Below, piece by piece: positions 23,571 to 36,540 of a stretch of 64,000 nt of DNA (its first letter is position 1; each line of letters begins with the position of its first letter). Source of the stretch: Leucoraja ocellata (taxonomy: Eukaryota); contig JAWMAR010000013.1 in assembly GCA_036785375.1 (NCBI GenBank), positions 992,001 through 1,056,000 on the forward strand. The letters run 5' to 3'. The notes under the pieces were generated by a model. The model worked only from the letters and a program-made list of their open reading frames with translations, searched no databases and had not been told where the DNA came from. The translations under genes were made by a program, and so were the position numbers.

Positions 23571-26191
23571 ATCTCTCATCATTATTTCAATTAAAAGAGT
23601 GTGTGGCAATATAATAACAAATGGTTAGAGGACTGGAGGAAGAATGGGGGGGGGGGGGGGGGGGGGGGGGAGGGGGAAACAGGGTGCCAGCATCAACTTA
23701 ATAGGCTGAATGGTCTCATCTGCAATGTTGAGTTTCTTTTAAAAATACCATGACAGTTAATTAAAACACTTTAAAACAAATTTATAATGAAACTAATGCA
23801 TTTAATTTGGTTATCTGGTAATAAGCTCTTCAGGAAAGTGCATATAGTATTTCAGTAACATGCCAGTTATTGAAATGTAGATTTACTTTAAGTTATCACT
23901 ATGACAACTTATGTTTCACCATGAAGTGATAACATTTGATGGTTTAACACATCCAAATAATCAATTTATCATTTCATTAATCAATACTGCATTCAATTAC
24001 AAAGAAAATCATCTGATACCTGCTTAATGTAGCAGGCCCAGCCCAGCTGCTCTAGATACCGAACTCCAGCAGTGCACATTAAATGCTGGGGAGACGAGAG
24101 ATGACAGTCCAGGAATTACTGTCTGAAGCTTAATTTCTCAGAAAAATCTGAGTCATTAAAGTAATACACATCAACTTTCCAACATGGAGAGCATGAGTTC
24201 CAATTACATACGTTTTCTGGAAGAAACTGCTCATCTCATGTTTGATTTCATGTAAAGATCAGGCTTCACAAATTTTTCCTACTACATAGAATAGCCTGAA
24301 CATTGAAATAAATAATTCAGAAGTGTAGCAGAACATTACAGTGGAAGAAAACGATCTAATCAATTCGCCTGTATTGCCCAAAAATGACATTTTCCTATGG
24401 ATTATTTATTGCTTACACTAACAAAAGTAGAAGAAAGTAAAAGTAGCTGCATACAAATTTTGAAATAAATATCAATAAAAATAAATCTTTGAAGTGCAAA
24501 TCAATAAATTTACAAACTCCGAAGCTAGTTAGAAATTGCTACTTAAACGAGAGCTGGGCAACCACACGGTGACGCTCAACTGTTCAACCATTATATTCAC
24601 CATTTGACTAAAGGTTTCTACTGAGAATGCATAAAGATTTGTAGAACTGGCATTATGAGCCTATCTGTGATCTTTATTTGTTCCAAGCCAGGTCTCTTGC
24701 AGGGAGAACTCAATTTACAAATATTGAAGTCAATTGGCCCAGGTAGAAATCATGCAAATATTTTGATTGACTTGAAACTGCACTTATTCGCACGATTTAT
24801 CATGGTTTCCATCTAACGTTATTCATTCTTGGTCTATTGCCTTCAGAGTGGTATTTTCGCCAGTCCAGGAATATCAGAATGGATGGAATTTCATCCAAAA
24901 CGTTCATAGCTCTTTTTAATCCAAACATGGTCAATCTATGGTGGTTTTCAATTTTCAAAAAGTTAATCATATACTGCTTTTAATGGAAGGCTAGCCCATC
25001 GAGGCTAGGGAAATAATTAAATTTCATTTAATCTTTGAAGGTACTCTCTGTTCTTCTGGAGTCCACATTAACTGAACTGGTTGCATTTTGTTACCAATGA
25101 ACTACAGTATTTTGAAGATGTAGTTTACATATGTTTTATATAACCTTTTATCCTTCAAATCAAATTTTTTGGTTTGAAAACTGATGAAAGATATACTGTC
25201 TCACTCTCTCTCCACAGACCTGCATTTTCTGTTTTATTACCACTTAATACCATGCTATTGTGGATACACAAGAATTGAATCTAGAAAATGTAATTCAAGT
25301 GATTTGTGATACGAGCATACATCTTGGACTTGGAATGAATGGACAATTAGGAAATAAATGCTAAAGTTTCTTCAACATGTTGTTCTCCCCCATCCCCTCC
25401 TGGGTATTTGGGGATTTGTGTCAGTTATATAATCATCACCAAAACATGTACCACATAACACATGAAAGGAAAGGTTGTGATAAAAGAGTAAATGTAGGCA
25501 TACTTTTAGGAATCAGAGTCACTTAGTGGGAAACCCTACTTTAAAGGTAAGTACTTGGTGTATTTATCCTTCGATATGTTCCTGGTATTATGATTTCCCT
25601 ACAAATTGGTTTTTAGAAATAATCGCCTTTTAATTGCTCCTCTGTAGCGTCTTGAAGGTGAGCCATTTGCTGTGGGAAACAATGAAGCGGACATAATCGA
25701 GTGATGTCAGCCAAAGAGATCCCCGCCGAGCACGCCTGTGTGTTCAGCCTGTCTCTCCACCCTGGCAACACAGGCATTATGTTTTTGAGAAGGCAAAAAT
25801 AAAATGGCAAAGGAGGAGGAGGATTTATGCACAAAACCTCTCGCACATAGAGCTGCTGGTAATGTCTGTGCCATTTGGTCCAGGTGAGGGTTGGGTTGAG
25901 CTAGGTTGGGGAGAGGGGGAGACGCATGGTGTAGGATTGCAATCTTGCAGCAGTCTGCTCAGGTAAGATGCGAGTTAAGAAGTTCTTTACTAGCCTTCCT
26001 GTCCATCCACCATTTTGTAGACCAATCAAGTGTCGTGTGTCCTGAAAAACTGTATATTTACGAAGTCAAAAGTATTTACAGCTTATGTTTGGAATTCCAA
26101 GAATAACATTCATCCTGATAACTTTGCAGTACAGCAGATTGGTGCAAGATGATGCACAGTAAAGTATTCTTTCAAACAGCAATGATTAAAG

Positions 26192-26338
26192 GTAGAAACA
26201 AAATACTGGGGTAACTGCGGGACAGGCAGCATCTCTGGAGAGACGAAATAGGTGATGGAATACTGCCTGTCTCGCCGAGTTATTCCAGCATTTTGTGTGT
26301 ACCTTCGATTTAAACCAGCATCTGCAGTTCTTTCCTAC
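26192..26338 (+). mobile_element. Fold-back Penelope-derived insertion
   Basis: Inverted arms; 16-bp TSD ACAGCAATGATTAAAG at 26176-26191 and 26339-26354. Confidence 0.8.
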
Positions 26339-27204
26339 ACAGCAATGATTAAAGTACTGAAGCCAAGCAAACAAACATATCCACCTTGGATGCGTGGTAA
26401 GACACAAAGTAACTCGCATATCTTGCTTTAATAATTGGATTAGACTGCATTTGGGTGAAGGGAGAAACTAATTCAAGCTCTTTTGAAAACATTACTTGTT
26501 GGAAGCTTACCCATTAACAGCTATAGTGCAATTGAATACAGATAAAGTATTTGGACTTGAACAGCACAAAATCAAAACTGGGGGATATCAGTGTCAGACT
26601 GTTAACGATAACGCCAGTGTGGAATCTGCTGCCACAACAGGGATTGAGGGAAATTGTGTAAATGCATAAACTGGAAACTCAGGTCGTCAGAAATGAACAT
26701 TTTCACTGACTATTGCACTTTGCTCAATTTCAGTTGCAATACCTCTGATAATGAAGTAGGCAATGCCCAGGCATAACAAGACTTAAACATCCAGCGCCTG
26801 CCTACTGAGTGCCAAGTAACATTTAAATACTAATCGATAACCATATCCAACAGGAGCATGTCTAATCACCTCTGTGTGACATTAAATGGAATTAATAATA
26901 ATTAAAGCACCTGCTATCAATATCCCAGTGGACATTGTTAATTGGAAACTTAACTGGACCAGCCATATAAACACTCTGGCTACAACAAGAATTGGAGATT
27001 ATTTTTGTGGGAACCCCAAAATTCCCAATGTCTTACCACTATCTACTCGACATAATTGCGGAGTGTTATGGAACATTATCCATTTTCTAGGATGAGTACA
27101 GCTATAATATTCAATAATCTGGATACAGCGAGGGAAAAGCAATCGTCTTTAATATTAAGCACTCCATCAACCATGTAACTCAGCTGTAGTGTTTCTGGGT
27201 GGCA

Positions 27205-27360
27205 TTGGCATAGCAAGTAGAGCCACTGCCTCACAGCTCAGAATCTCTATGTACAATCCTGGTCTTGGGTGGTGACAATGTAGAATTTGCACGTTCTCCC
27301 TGTGACTGCCTGGGTTTCCTCCACGTGCTCGGGTTTCCTCCCGATTGGCCACTGTAAATG
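27205..27360 (+). mobile_element. Old HE1/V-SINE copy
   Basis: CTGCCTCACAGCTC...TTTGCACGTTCTCCCTGTGACTGC..GGGTTTCCTCC. Confidence 0.7.
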
Positions 27361-28500
27361 GCGTGGGAGATTGCAACCCTCACGTGGAGGGGCGAAGGAT
27401 ATTTTGGTAGTCAGATGAAAGGAGCAATGCTATGTGTCAAGTGCAGTATAAACTTCAGCACTGATCACTCAGGCTACAAAAATATTACTTGCTCTAGAGT
27501 CTAGAGCAAGCCTAGACTATGGAGTTTTATTTTGTTTCAGTTTGTTCATCGGAGCTCCAATCCTGTCAACGTATCAGAGTACAAATCAGTCAGTCAGTGA
27601 ACCATCTTTTTTTGTGTAGATATTCTCACTTTGACACGATTTTATGATAGTTCCTACTGGATAACGTTATATCGGATCTGCCCTGAAATATCATCCATGT
27701 AGTGGAGATTGGAAGGAAGAACTGCAATACAACTACCCAATGCAATGAGCCACTCCATTTATACATTGTGAGGAATAACTCAAACCACCCTCAGAAATGC
27801 CACCACTCTGATTGAATGTTTGCACTCCTGTGATAAAGTGGAAGTCCCAAGCTCTTACACAACTGATTGCTGGCTTTTATGTCTTTCACTCCGACTCCTC
27901 ATGGAGTCCAGTGATGCAGCATTCACTTTCACAAATTTCCCAGCACTTAAGATGGGAAGTCTACCCATTGCTCCTGCGTCAGGTTAGATCTGGTGCAGCA
28001 ATGGTGAAACTATCTATTTGAACAGCTAAGAACATGCGAGGGATCGGGTAACCATCAGGCAATTTACTTATTTTTAAAGTCAGATTTAATTTGAATATAT
28101 TAAATTATCTTCAAATGTCTTCCGAGTTTACAATTGCATTGAAATTCATGAATTAAAAAAAGCTTGATTTTTTAAAGGTTTTAAATGTTTATGTTTGCAA
28201 ATGCCAGAGATTCAATCTCTTTGATAGTTAATTAAGGGTGCGGCTTAAATAGCTGTCAGGGCAATTTTTATATTTATTTGGACAGATTACAGTTGTTCCG
28301 AGTCTTACCAATCAACTGGGAGCGGTCTTAGCTAAGGAATTCTTTGCTTGGGGGTGGGAATTGCTTTAGGCAAGGCTACGTTTACTGAAAAGGCAAGCAG
28401 ATCTGCAAAAGATTTGATCCAATGTAAAGAATAATTTCAAACAGCAACTTCAACTGCCCATTCGTGATTCTATTCATAAGCTTGTCATTTTATGTTTGCA

Positions 28501-28940
28501 ACTGGATAGACTTGTTTATACTCTCTAGAATTTAGGAGATTGAGAGGGGATCTTATAGAAACTTACAAAATTCTTAAGGGGTTGGACAGGCTAGATGCAG
28601 GAAGATTGTTCCCGATGTTGGGAAAGTCCAGGACAAGGGGTCACAGCTTAAGGATAAGGGGGAAATCCTTTAAAACCGAGATGAGAACTTTTTTCACACA
28701 GAGAGTGGTGAATCTCTGGAACTCTCTGCCACAGAGGGTAGTTGAGGCCAGTTCATTGGCTATATTTAAGAGGGAGTTAGATGTGGCCCTTGTGGCCAAG
28801 GGGATCAGAGGGTATGGAGAGAAGGCAGGTACGGGATACTGAGTTGGATGATCAGCCATGATCATATTAAATGGCGGTGCAGGCTCGAAGGGCCGAATGG
28901 CCTACTCCTGCACCTAATTTCTATGTTTCTATGTTTCTAT
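28501..28940 (+). mobile_element. Young CR1/HER1 LINE 3' end
   Basis: Unbroken ORF 28540..28842 (RGDLIETYKILKG...VVNLWNSLP) and (TTTCTATG)n tail. Confidence 0.95.
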
Positions 28941-29699
28941 TTGCTAATGAGAAACCTTCGACCAGATCTAAAAAAACTGAAATTTTCAAAAGTGGGTTTT
29001 CTGAAGCTAGAAAGCTGCATTAGCAAATCTGTGAAAAGCAGAGAACGTCAACGGAAATACTTTAATGAACCTTAGTGCCTGTTGTTTGTCAATAATATTT
29101 CCATTTTTATATGATACAATATGATATTATAATGCAGCACTAAAACACCACGGTTCATAAAGTTGCAAAGACACGGGGAGGTTAACCTCTCACGCAAGTC
29201 CAATTCCCTTCAAAGCAAAGCCTGAACATCTCTGATCACCTCCAGATCACCTATAATTTTTCATACCTATCCAGATTGGCATAGTTTTCAAGGTCCACAC
29301 AGAGACTATCCCTAGAAATGTCTGTAGTAGGAAATGCAATTGTGCATTCATTTTCCATTTAAATAAAGATGTCTGGTTTCTGTGACCCAGGACAAGGCCT
29401 ACAACAGTATAAAATAATAAGCACAAAACTCATTTATCTCCTGGTTTCATTATTTATATACAGCAGCTTAGGTGCCATAAATCTATTATGAAAGCTAATT
29501 AATAGGTGGAGGTTGACTTACATCAGGGTTTTCATCACTCTAAGAAATATCACTGATCAAGTCAGAGTTCGAGTTAAATCAATAAATCAAATGAGAAAGC
29601 AAAGGCGAGCGAGAGAGGAAGTGAGAGAGGGCACGCGAGAGGGCATGAGCAAGATGTACATTTACATACCGTCTTTCACAAGACGTCTAAATGTTTACA

Positions 29700-30015
29700 G
29701 CTCATTAAATATTTTGCATTACTCTTATTGTATAAGAAATGCTGCATAATGGGTAGATAATTGTTTTTCTGGAACATTGGCAAGGGATGAATATTGATCT
29801 GGAAATGGAGGAAAATAAACCTGCTCTTCTATGAGTTTATACCGTGAGAATTTATATGTCCACCCAAGAAGCCAAACAGAGCCTTATTTTAACGTCTCCT
29901 TCTGAAGTTGGCCCTCAACAGTGCAGCATTCCTTCTGTGTTATAATAAAGTGTTAACCTAGATCCTGTGCCCAAGGCTCTGGAGTGGAACTGGAAGTCAA
30001 ACTTACTGACCATTG
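29700..30015 (-). mobile_element. Ancient Deu-domain-type SINE remnant
   Basis: Minus strand reads TGCTGCACTGTTGAGGG..GAGACGTTAAA..AGGC..GGGTGGACATATAAATTC..AGAAGAGCAGG, resembling the DeuSINE core. Confidence 0.6.
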
Positions 30016-30176
30016 AATCAGAAGTCTGGAAAATAGCCTCTCACTTCTGCTGTGCCGGAGACGATTTGGAAAGATTGTTGGAACTATCTTTGCATATTCA
30101 GGAAATGTCATCACTAAAAACACAAGACACCAATACTTATGGTTTATTATGCTTTAAAGAGAAAGAAGTCACAAAC

Positions 30177-30255
30177 CTTTTTTCCAGATTTGTTTCTTTG
30201 AGTGTGCTCTATCAACAGTGCTGAAAGTATATCGTCCATTTTTATTTCGGAGACA
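30177..30255 (-). CDS. DDX31: DDX31 exon (VSEIKMDDILSALLIEHTQRNKSGKK)
   Basis: tccttcag/gtttgt, 79 nt; resembles mammalian VSEIKMEDIL. Confidence 0.92.
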
Positions 30256-33200
30256 CTGAAGGAAGAGAAAAACAAATTAATTCATCTTCTCCACCAAGAG
30301 CCAATGTTACCACACTGTTATAATATATTTAATTTATCTGGAAGTATTTGTGATGAAAAGCACACTTTTCGTGAATATGAGATTCCATAGCCAGTTCTTA
30401 TTAAAAATCTGAGTATGGTAGCCACATGGTCATTGTACTCGATTAACTATTTGACCATTAGATCCAATTGAATATTACTAAAGTTGGCAATTGGTGTGAC
30501 TGAGCATCAGAACAGTTCTGGGTTGGTTCACTGGTATTCTGCAGGGGAAGGGATCTATACTACACCAGCCTCCACACGATTCCCATCTCAGAGCGACCTC
30601 AAATGCGCTCTGGAATGGCAAGCATGGATAGATACAGAACCCACTGCCTGTTGCTTCCCTACTACCCACCATTCCTCATTATTTTCCACCATGTTATCTT
30701 TTTTTCCCCATTTATAATCATTGACTTCAAATGTTGACTATGTTTCTCTCTCCGCAGATGCTGGATGTGCTGAGTATTTCCAGTATTTTGTATTTTATTT
30801 CAGATTCCTAGCATCTGCTTTAATTTGCTTTTGACCTCATTTAAATGGACACTTTTATTTACCCGATGATTATTTTCCTTTTCATTATAACTTTTCAGAT
30901 CATCCTTTCTATCCTTCAGGTATAACTTATTTAAAGTCATGTTTCACCCTGCTCTAAATCAAAATTTCCTCTTTAACTGACAGGATGTGTATCAGGGGTA
31001 CATTTAAGTGAAATGTACTGTATGACAATTGTTGTGAAAGGTTAATGAAAACATCATGGATTAAAATGGTCGGGAGGAGGGGGTAATAGTGATAGCTCGG
31101 ATGTTTCCATGCCATTCTCTTCTGGCAACCGGCCAAGCACCAGTCTCCAAGATATTTGAACTGAATCGCAGCAGGTAGCCATCATCCAAGTGCCCGTGCC
31201 AGGCTGAAGCCACACTTGTCTTAATGAATCAGTGAATGAGCAATCATAGAGCTGAGAAATTGCAAGACTGGCTGTGGAGCTTCTGTGAGCAGTTCAGAAA
31301 CAGAGCATGATGTACACGGTACAGCAAAAAGTGTTGGGGGGGGGGGGGGGGGGAGGGGAAAGTACAGCACAAGATCATACTGCACCAGTTGTTGAGGCAC
31401 TGCAAGCTCATACCTGGTAAAAACAGAAAATTAGAATTCCTCCTAACACTAGGGGAAAATAAACAAAAGACAATGCATGTCGTTTCACCATGGCTGTGAA
31501 AAGATAATGTAATTTTGATTAGGATTGTTAATTAAAAATGGTCACAGACCATCCTGACCAGCAATAAGTGCAGCCTGAGGCAAGAAGCCAATGGCACAGA
31601 CAGTGGGGGGATAGCAGGTGGTCTATTCTATTAACCTGCTCATCCTTCTTTCTGATTGGCGGAAATATGAAATCAAGGCAGGAGTCCAGATTATTCAGTC
31701 CCGGCTCTGCCGATTCACGTGCTCCACTGCAATAAAAACCTCAGCTTAGTAGTGAGTGCTTACATGCGAGTCAATCTGTGTATAAAGGATAGAAACAAAA
31801 TTCCATGTACAACCATCAACGCCAGGGCATTGCTTTACATTAACTATGCTTTCCAGGCGTCTAAATACCCTGCAGATTTGCACCACCACAAAACTTCTGG
31901 CAATGGGCATTTAAAACTTGGCATCAACTTGTTATCACTACTTGATTTTTCTTTTGCTTTATATACACCCTTTTTACACTTTAAGTAGGTAAAGGAATAC
32001 TTTATAGTCGCCTACATTATTTATTTATTTTAGAAGATACCTACTCAATGTTGTACAAGCTCATGAACATGCCATGCAGATCCAGTGCTCCAAGGTCCAA
32101 TTTACCTTCACGTTTGCCAATTGGCACATGACTCCCCCTTTTCCAAAAACATAAAATATTCAGAAACTGACATTGACCGTTGCCTGCTAGCACTGACCGC
32201 ACACAATTGCATCGGTCAACACTGTAGTCTCCTCCACACTCAATTTGAACTTGAACTGATTCCGGGAATGCAAGCCCCTTTTACAAGTTGCTAATGTTGA
32301 TTAAACATGCCTGGGTTGAATATTCTATGATGCATTGCTAAAGTTTACCAGCCTGATATTCTTGCAGGTGACCAAAGATCAATTTCTCCCCCGAAAGTAC
32401 AACAATATTCCTTGGTTTGTAAAGCATTCCAATTATAGATCTGCTTTGGGGTATTTTTGTTTTAAAACAGTTTTTTAGTTGTTACTTCAATGATTATTCT
32501 CAAAAACCTTTGCTACTGACACTTCAAGGCTTGCACAGTACTGCTGCCCTGAACTAGGACCCAACATCCCCCCACCACTGTTCTTTCCCCCAAATTACAG
32601 TTAACACATTTATGCAGTCGTTTTTCTCTCTCTTCCATTCCATTCTCTTTCCTCAGGCAGTTTCAATAATTCTAGTCCATTTAAGACAGAACCTTAGGTT
32701 AAAAATAGTTTAATCACTTTCCCCCTTAAGTATCAAGTACTGTGCCAGCTGGTCAAAGGTGAAATGAATCATTGACATTCTTATTCACTGAACAACAGTC
32801 TTCAACTTGCATGACATACTCGACGAAATTGTCAAAGGCATCTGGTGGAATTTTGCACCGAAGCTGCAGCTACACAGCAACCTCATTGGGAAACACGAAC
32901 ATTCCCAAGAAGCTTGGCAGGATGTGTTTTCCATGAAATTTCAGGCTAGCCAAATAAATTCTACTTATGGCAGTGGAATGCTGAGATAATTGCAAGTAAA
33001 CTTTATCAATGTGTAGCAGAATGGGCAACCTGGGGTTTAAAAAAAAAATCAAGATTCAGCAAATATTATCCAATGCTGAACAATAAACACAAAAAAAAAC
33101 ACCTACTCAACGTTGCCTATTTCCTTCGCTCCATAGGTGCTGCTGCACCCGCTGAGTTTCTCCAGCTTTTTTGTGTACCTACTGTAGATATGCTTTTCAA

Positions 33201-34199
33201 CATTTAATGTGCTGATAAATATTTATTCCATAGTTTTTCATTTGTGCAAGGAGTCAAGTATTTTGTGTCTCGTTCTTTAAGAATGAAACACACTGAAAAC
33301 ATATACTTTGAGCAATTGCAACCAGATGTCATAATGTTTCATGTTTTGATTCATGACTTCTGAGAGTTAAAGGTTTACAGCCAAGATACGAGTTGCCTCA
33401 ACACAGGCTACAGAATAGAAAATATAAAGAACACATCTGCAAGCTTCAGAGTGATAGAATGAAAGAAATTCACACGACTTTTGACACAGTGTGTTATCAC
33501 AACAAGGAGAAACTGAAGCAAAGCCAAGAACTTTCCTACTGAGGTGGTGGCAAAGGCACCCAGGATACTAGAAAAATATAATGTGATCACCTTTGATAAG
33601 ATCAAGAGTGGTAATGAGTGATACAGCTTTTAACCAGGGGTTCTTTGGCTTGAAATACTCCCAGTTAAATCAAGGTAATGGAGCTGTCCACAACTTGGTT
33701 CTTTGTCAAAGGACATTTAAAACAACACACCAGAGGAATAAATTCAGAGTTTTCAGCGTATTGTAAAACCTAAAATCCCCCTTTCAAAACTTTTCACTCT
33801 TTTCACAGTGCATTTTTTTTACACTTTTATTTGGTTCCCTCAATTTAAATTGAAATAAGTTAAGCACTGTATAATATGTATAGATAAGCTAGGCAACAAG
33901 CCCACAACAGCTGAGCTTCAGATTCAGAATCCTACACACTGACTCAGTGAATGAATGAGCGGACAGTGCGAGCTGATGAATTGCACCAATGATCCATAAA
34001 GGCAGCTTGCAGCATGGTGCAACACACGCCGTCAAAATAAATTGCTGTCCAGTATTATAAACAGAGCATTATGGAGACAGCTCTGACAATTTAATTTAAG
34101 ATTTGGGCCAATAACCCAGTATGCAGTTTTTCTTCCCTGGTGCAGAGGACATAATGTTTTAAGGGGTTTGCAACTTGCACAATCTTTGCAACAGAAAAG

Positions 34200-34417
34200 C
34201 TTGGGACAAGAGACTGTCCATCACTGTAATTTCAGCACTAAATGCTGTAATTTCTAAATGGTGAAACCAAAATATATCAAAATGCCCTTTATTAAAATGT
34301 GACAACATGCACTTTAACTACATGCAATTTTTTCTATTACAAATCTCAGATTGTGGAGTACCGAGGCAAATAAATAAACAGTGGGTCTTTGTCCCAAACA
34401 TTATGGGGGCCACTGTA
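34200..34417. mobile_element. Tc1-like transposon terminal remnant
   Basis: Ends ...TGTCCCAAACATTATGGGGGCCACTG-TA (CAGTG TIR plus TA); short inverted match TTGGGACAA at 34201. Confidence 0.7.
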
Positions 34418-35054
34418 TATCTCTAGCTCGACACATCTCTTTCCAATTAAAACTAGAGTATGACATACAGCAAAGTATGCTGCTCTATGAAGTTCACTGG
34501 AAGAAAATAAAAACATAACAGTTTTCTATTTAAAGAACATAAGTGGACAAATAGGCAAGGCCAATCATTTTGTAAAAGAGATTTCTCTCAATTTACATTC
34601 ATGTTACAAGTTTCAAATTGAACCAAACTTATTTTGTTTTGGACCAACATATATCCATCCACACCTCCGTCAAACACTTCCATCAACCATACACTGATTC
34701 TAATTTGTTATTCTCCAAATCACTTAGAGGATTAGTTTGTACTAGTTATTTCCCAAATCCATTTCAATCTTATTTTGCATTTTCATCTTTGCTTCAGTCT
34801 CCGCCAAAGGAATAATGTGCCTTACCCAAAATCGTACAGTAACTAACATCCTTCAATGACTACAATCTTACCTTGTTCTCGTTGGCCTTACTGTAAGCCT
34901 ATGACATGATTAACCATACATTTCTATTCCAACATCTTTCTTCCACTTTCTAGCTCATAGAGCTTGCATTTACTTGGCTGCATTTTAGTTATTTAATAAT
35001 CATAGCCAAGGAATTTAAGTCTAAAACTGTTAACTTTGAAAATCCTCAAACTCT

Positions 35055-35192
35055 GGGAGAAAACCCATGCAGGTCACGCGGAGCACGTACAAACTCCGTA
35101 CAGACAGCACCCTTGTCAGGATCAAACCTGGGTCTCCGGCGCTGCATTTGCTGTAAGGCAGTAACTCTACCGCTGCGCCACCGTGACCGCCA
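35055..35192 (-). mobile_element. HE1-like tRNA-derived SINE, 5' part
   Basis: GGCGGTCACGGTGGCGCAGCGGTAGAGTTACTGCCTTACAGC...GGAGTTTGTACGT. Confidence 0.85.
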
Positions 35193-35577
35193 CCCCCGTG
35201 ACTTGTCTGCTCTATTTCCTCTGTGTCGTCAGATTGGTTGTTAATAAACTGCAAGTTCCTCAAATTAAACTTTGGAAGACTAAAGCCCTCAACTTTGGAT
35301 TCCAATATTGTCAAACATGTCAATGTAATACCATTATTGCTTTTTAATCTGCCTCTGAAAGTTATTCTACTCACTTCAATGAATTTCTAAGTTAACATGT
35401 AGAAATACCATGACCATTATCTCTTCCTAAAAAACACGGATCCCAATTGTAACATTTCATTCGACTCCAAACTGAATTTCGAATTCCACATACCCACCAT
35501 CACAAAGACTGGAAGCCTACACAACAATGCCAAAGCCTGTGCAGTCCTGAAATCCTTACAACAGATAAGGATTATTG

Positions 35578-35671
35578 GTACACAAAAAAGCTGGAGAAAC
35601 TCAGCGGGTGCAGCAGCATCTATGGAGCGAAGGAAATAGGCGACGTTTCGGGCCGAAACCCTTCTTCAGAC
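35578..35671 (-). mobile_element. Penelope-like element end containing an intact minimal hammerhead core (35642-35669)
   Basis: Minus: CTGAAGA-A-GGGT-TTCG-GCCC-GAAAC-GTC. Confidence 0.8.
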
Positions 35672-36329
35672 AAGGATTGTTCAGATAATTTCAGATAAGG
35701 ATTGTTCATTGTTTCAATCGTCTAGAATCTATTCATGCCAATCTATGCTTTCCTTTGGTTCAATTATTTTCTACACAATTATGGCGAGTGAACTAAGGAA
35801 AGGTCATCAAATTGAAATGTTAACTCTTTCATTCTCCACAAATATTGTCCACCTGCTGAGTATTGCCAGCATTTTACATTTTTATTTTATCTCTCTAAAC
35901 ATTCTCTCCAGCAACTTTTTGAAACAGAACCAAACATTTCGCAATCTTTTTGACTTTCAGATGTTTCCTGTCACATACCCATTCCATCAATGGGTATCTA
36001 CTTTCACTGCAATAAAATAGCCCAATGATGTTCTTGTAACAGTTCATTTATTGCTGAAAGACTGATCCATGCTGTTGATATTTCTTAAGCTATTCCAATG
36101 CACTTGGTCAAACGTCTATTCTCCACAAATTGGAGGTCATCCAAATCTTTGCTGTTTGTACCCAAACTCAGAACACCTGTAGTTTATCCAACCCCTTTGG
36201 TTGCTGACGTATACTAGGCCTTAGTTAAGCAATGTCACATTTAAAACTCAGAATTGCGACCTTGTATTCTAAACTTCCACAAACAGCTGTTTTAAAGCAA
36301 AGAACCATTTTTGATCAGTGCTCGCTGCT

Positions 36330-36540
36330 ATTATATAGAAAACAAAAACAAAGACAAGCTCCTACAACTTTTCAAACTAATTTATGAAATCTTTTACATC
36401 CACCCTACAGAGCAGAGGGATGCCTCAATTTAATATCTCATTTGCCAGACTGCCCCTCTGACCCTCAGTACTGCACCAAACTATCAGCCTAGATTCATAT
36501 CTTCAGGTTTCTGGATTGGGAATTTAATGCCCATCCAACT
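36330..36540 (-). mobile_element. Ancient Deu-domain-type SINE remnant
   Basis: Minus: TCTAGGCTGATAG..GCAGTACTGAGGG..ATGAGATATTAAATTGAGGC..GGGTGGATGTAAAAGAT; similar to 29700-30015. Confidence 0.6.
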
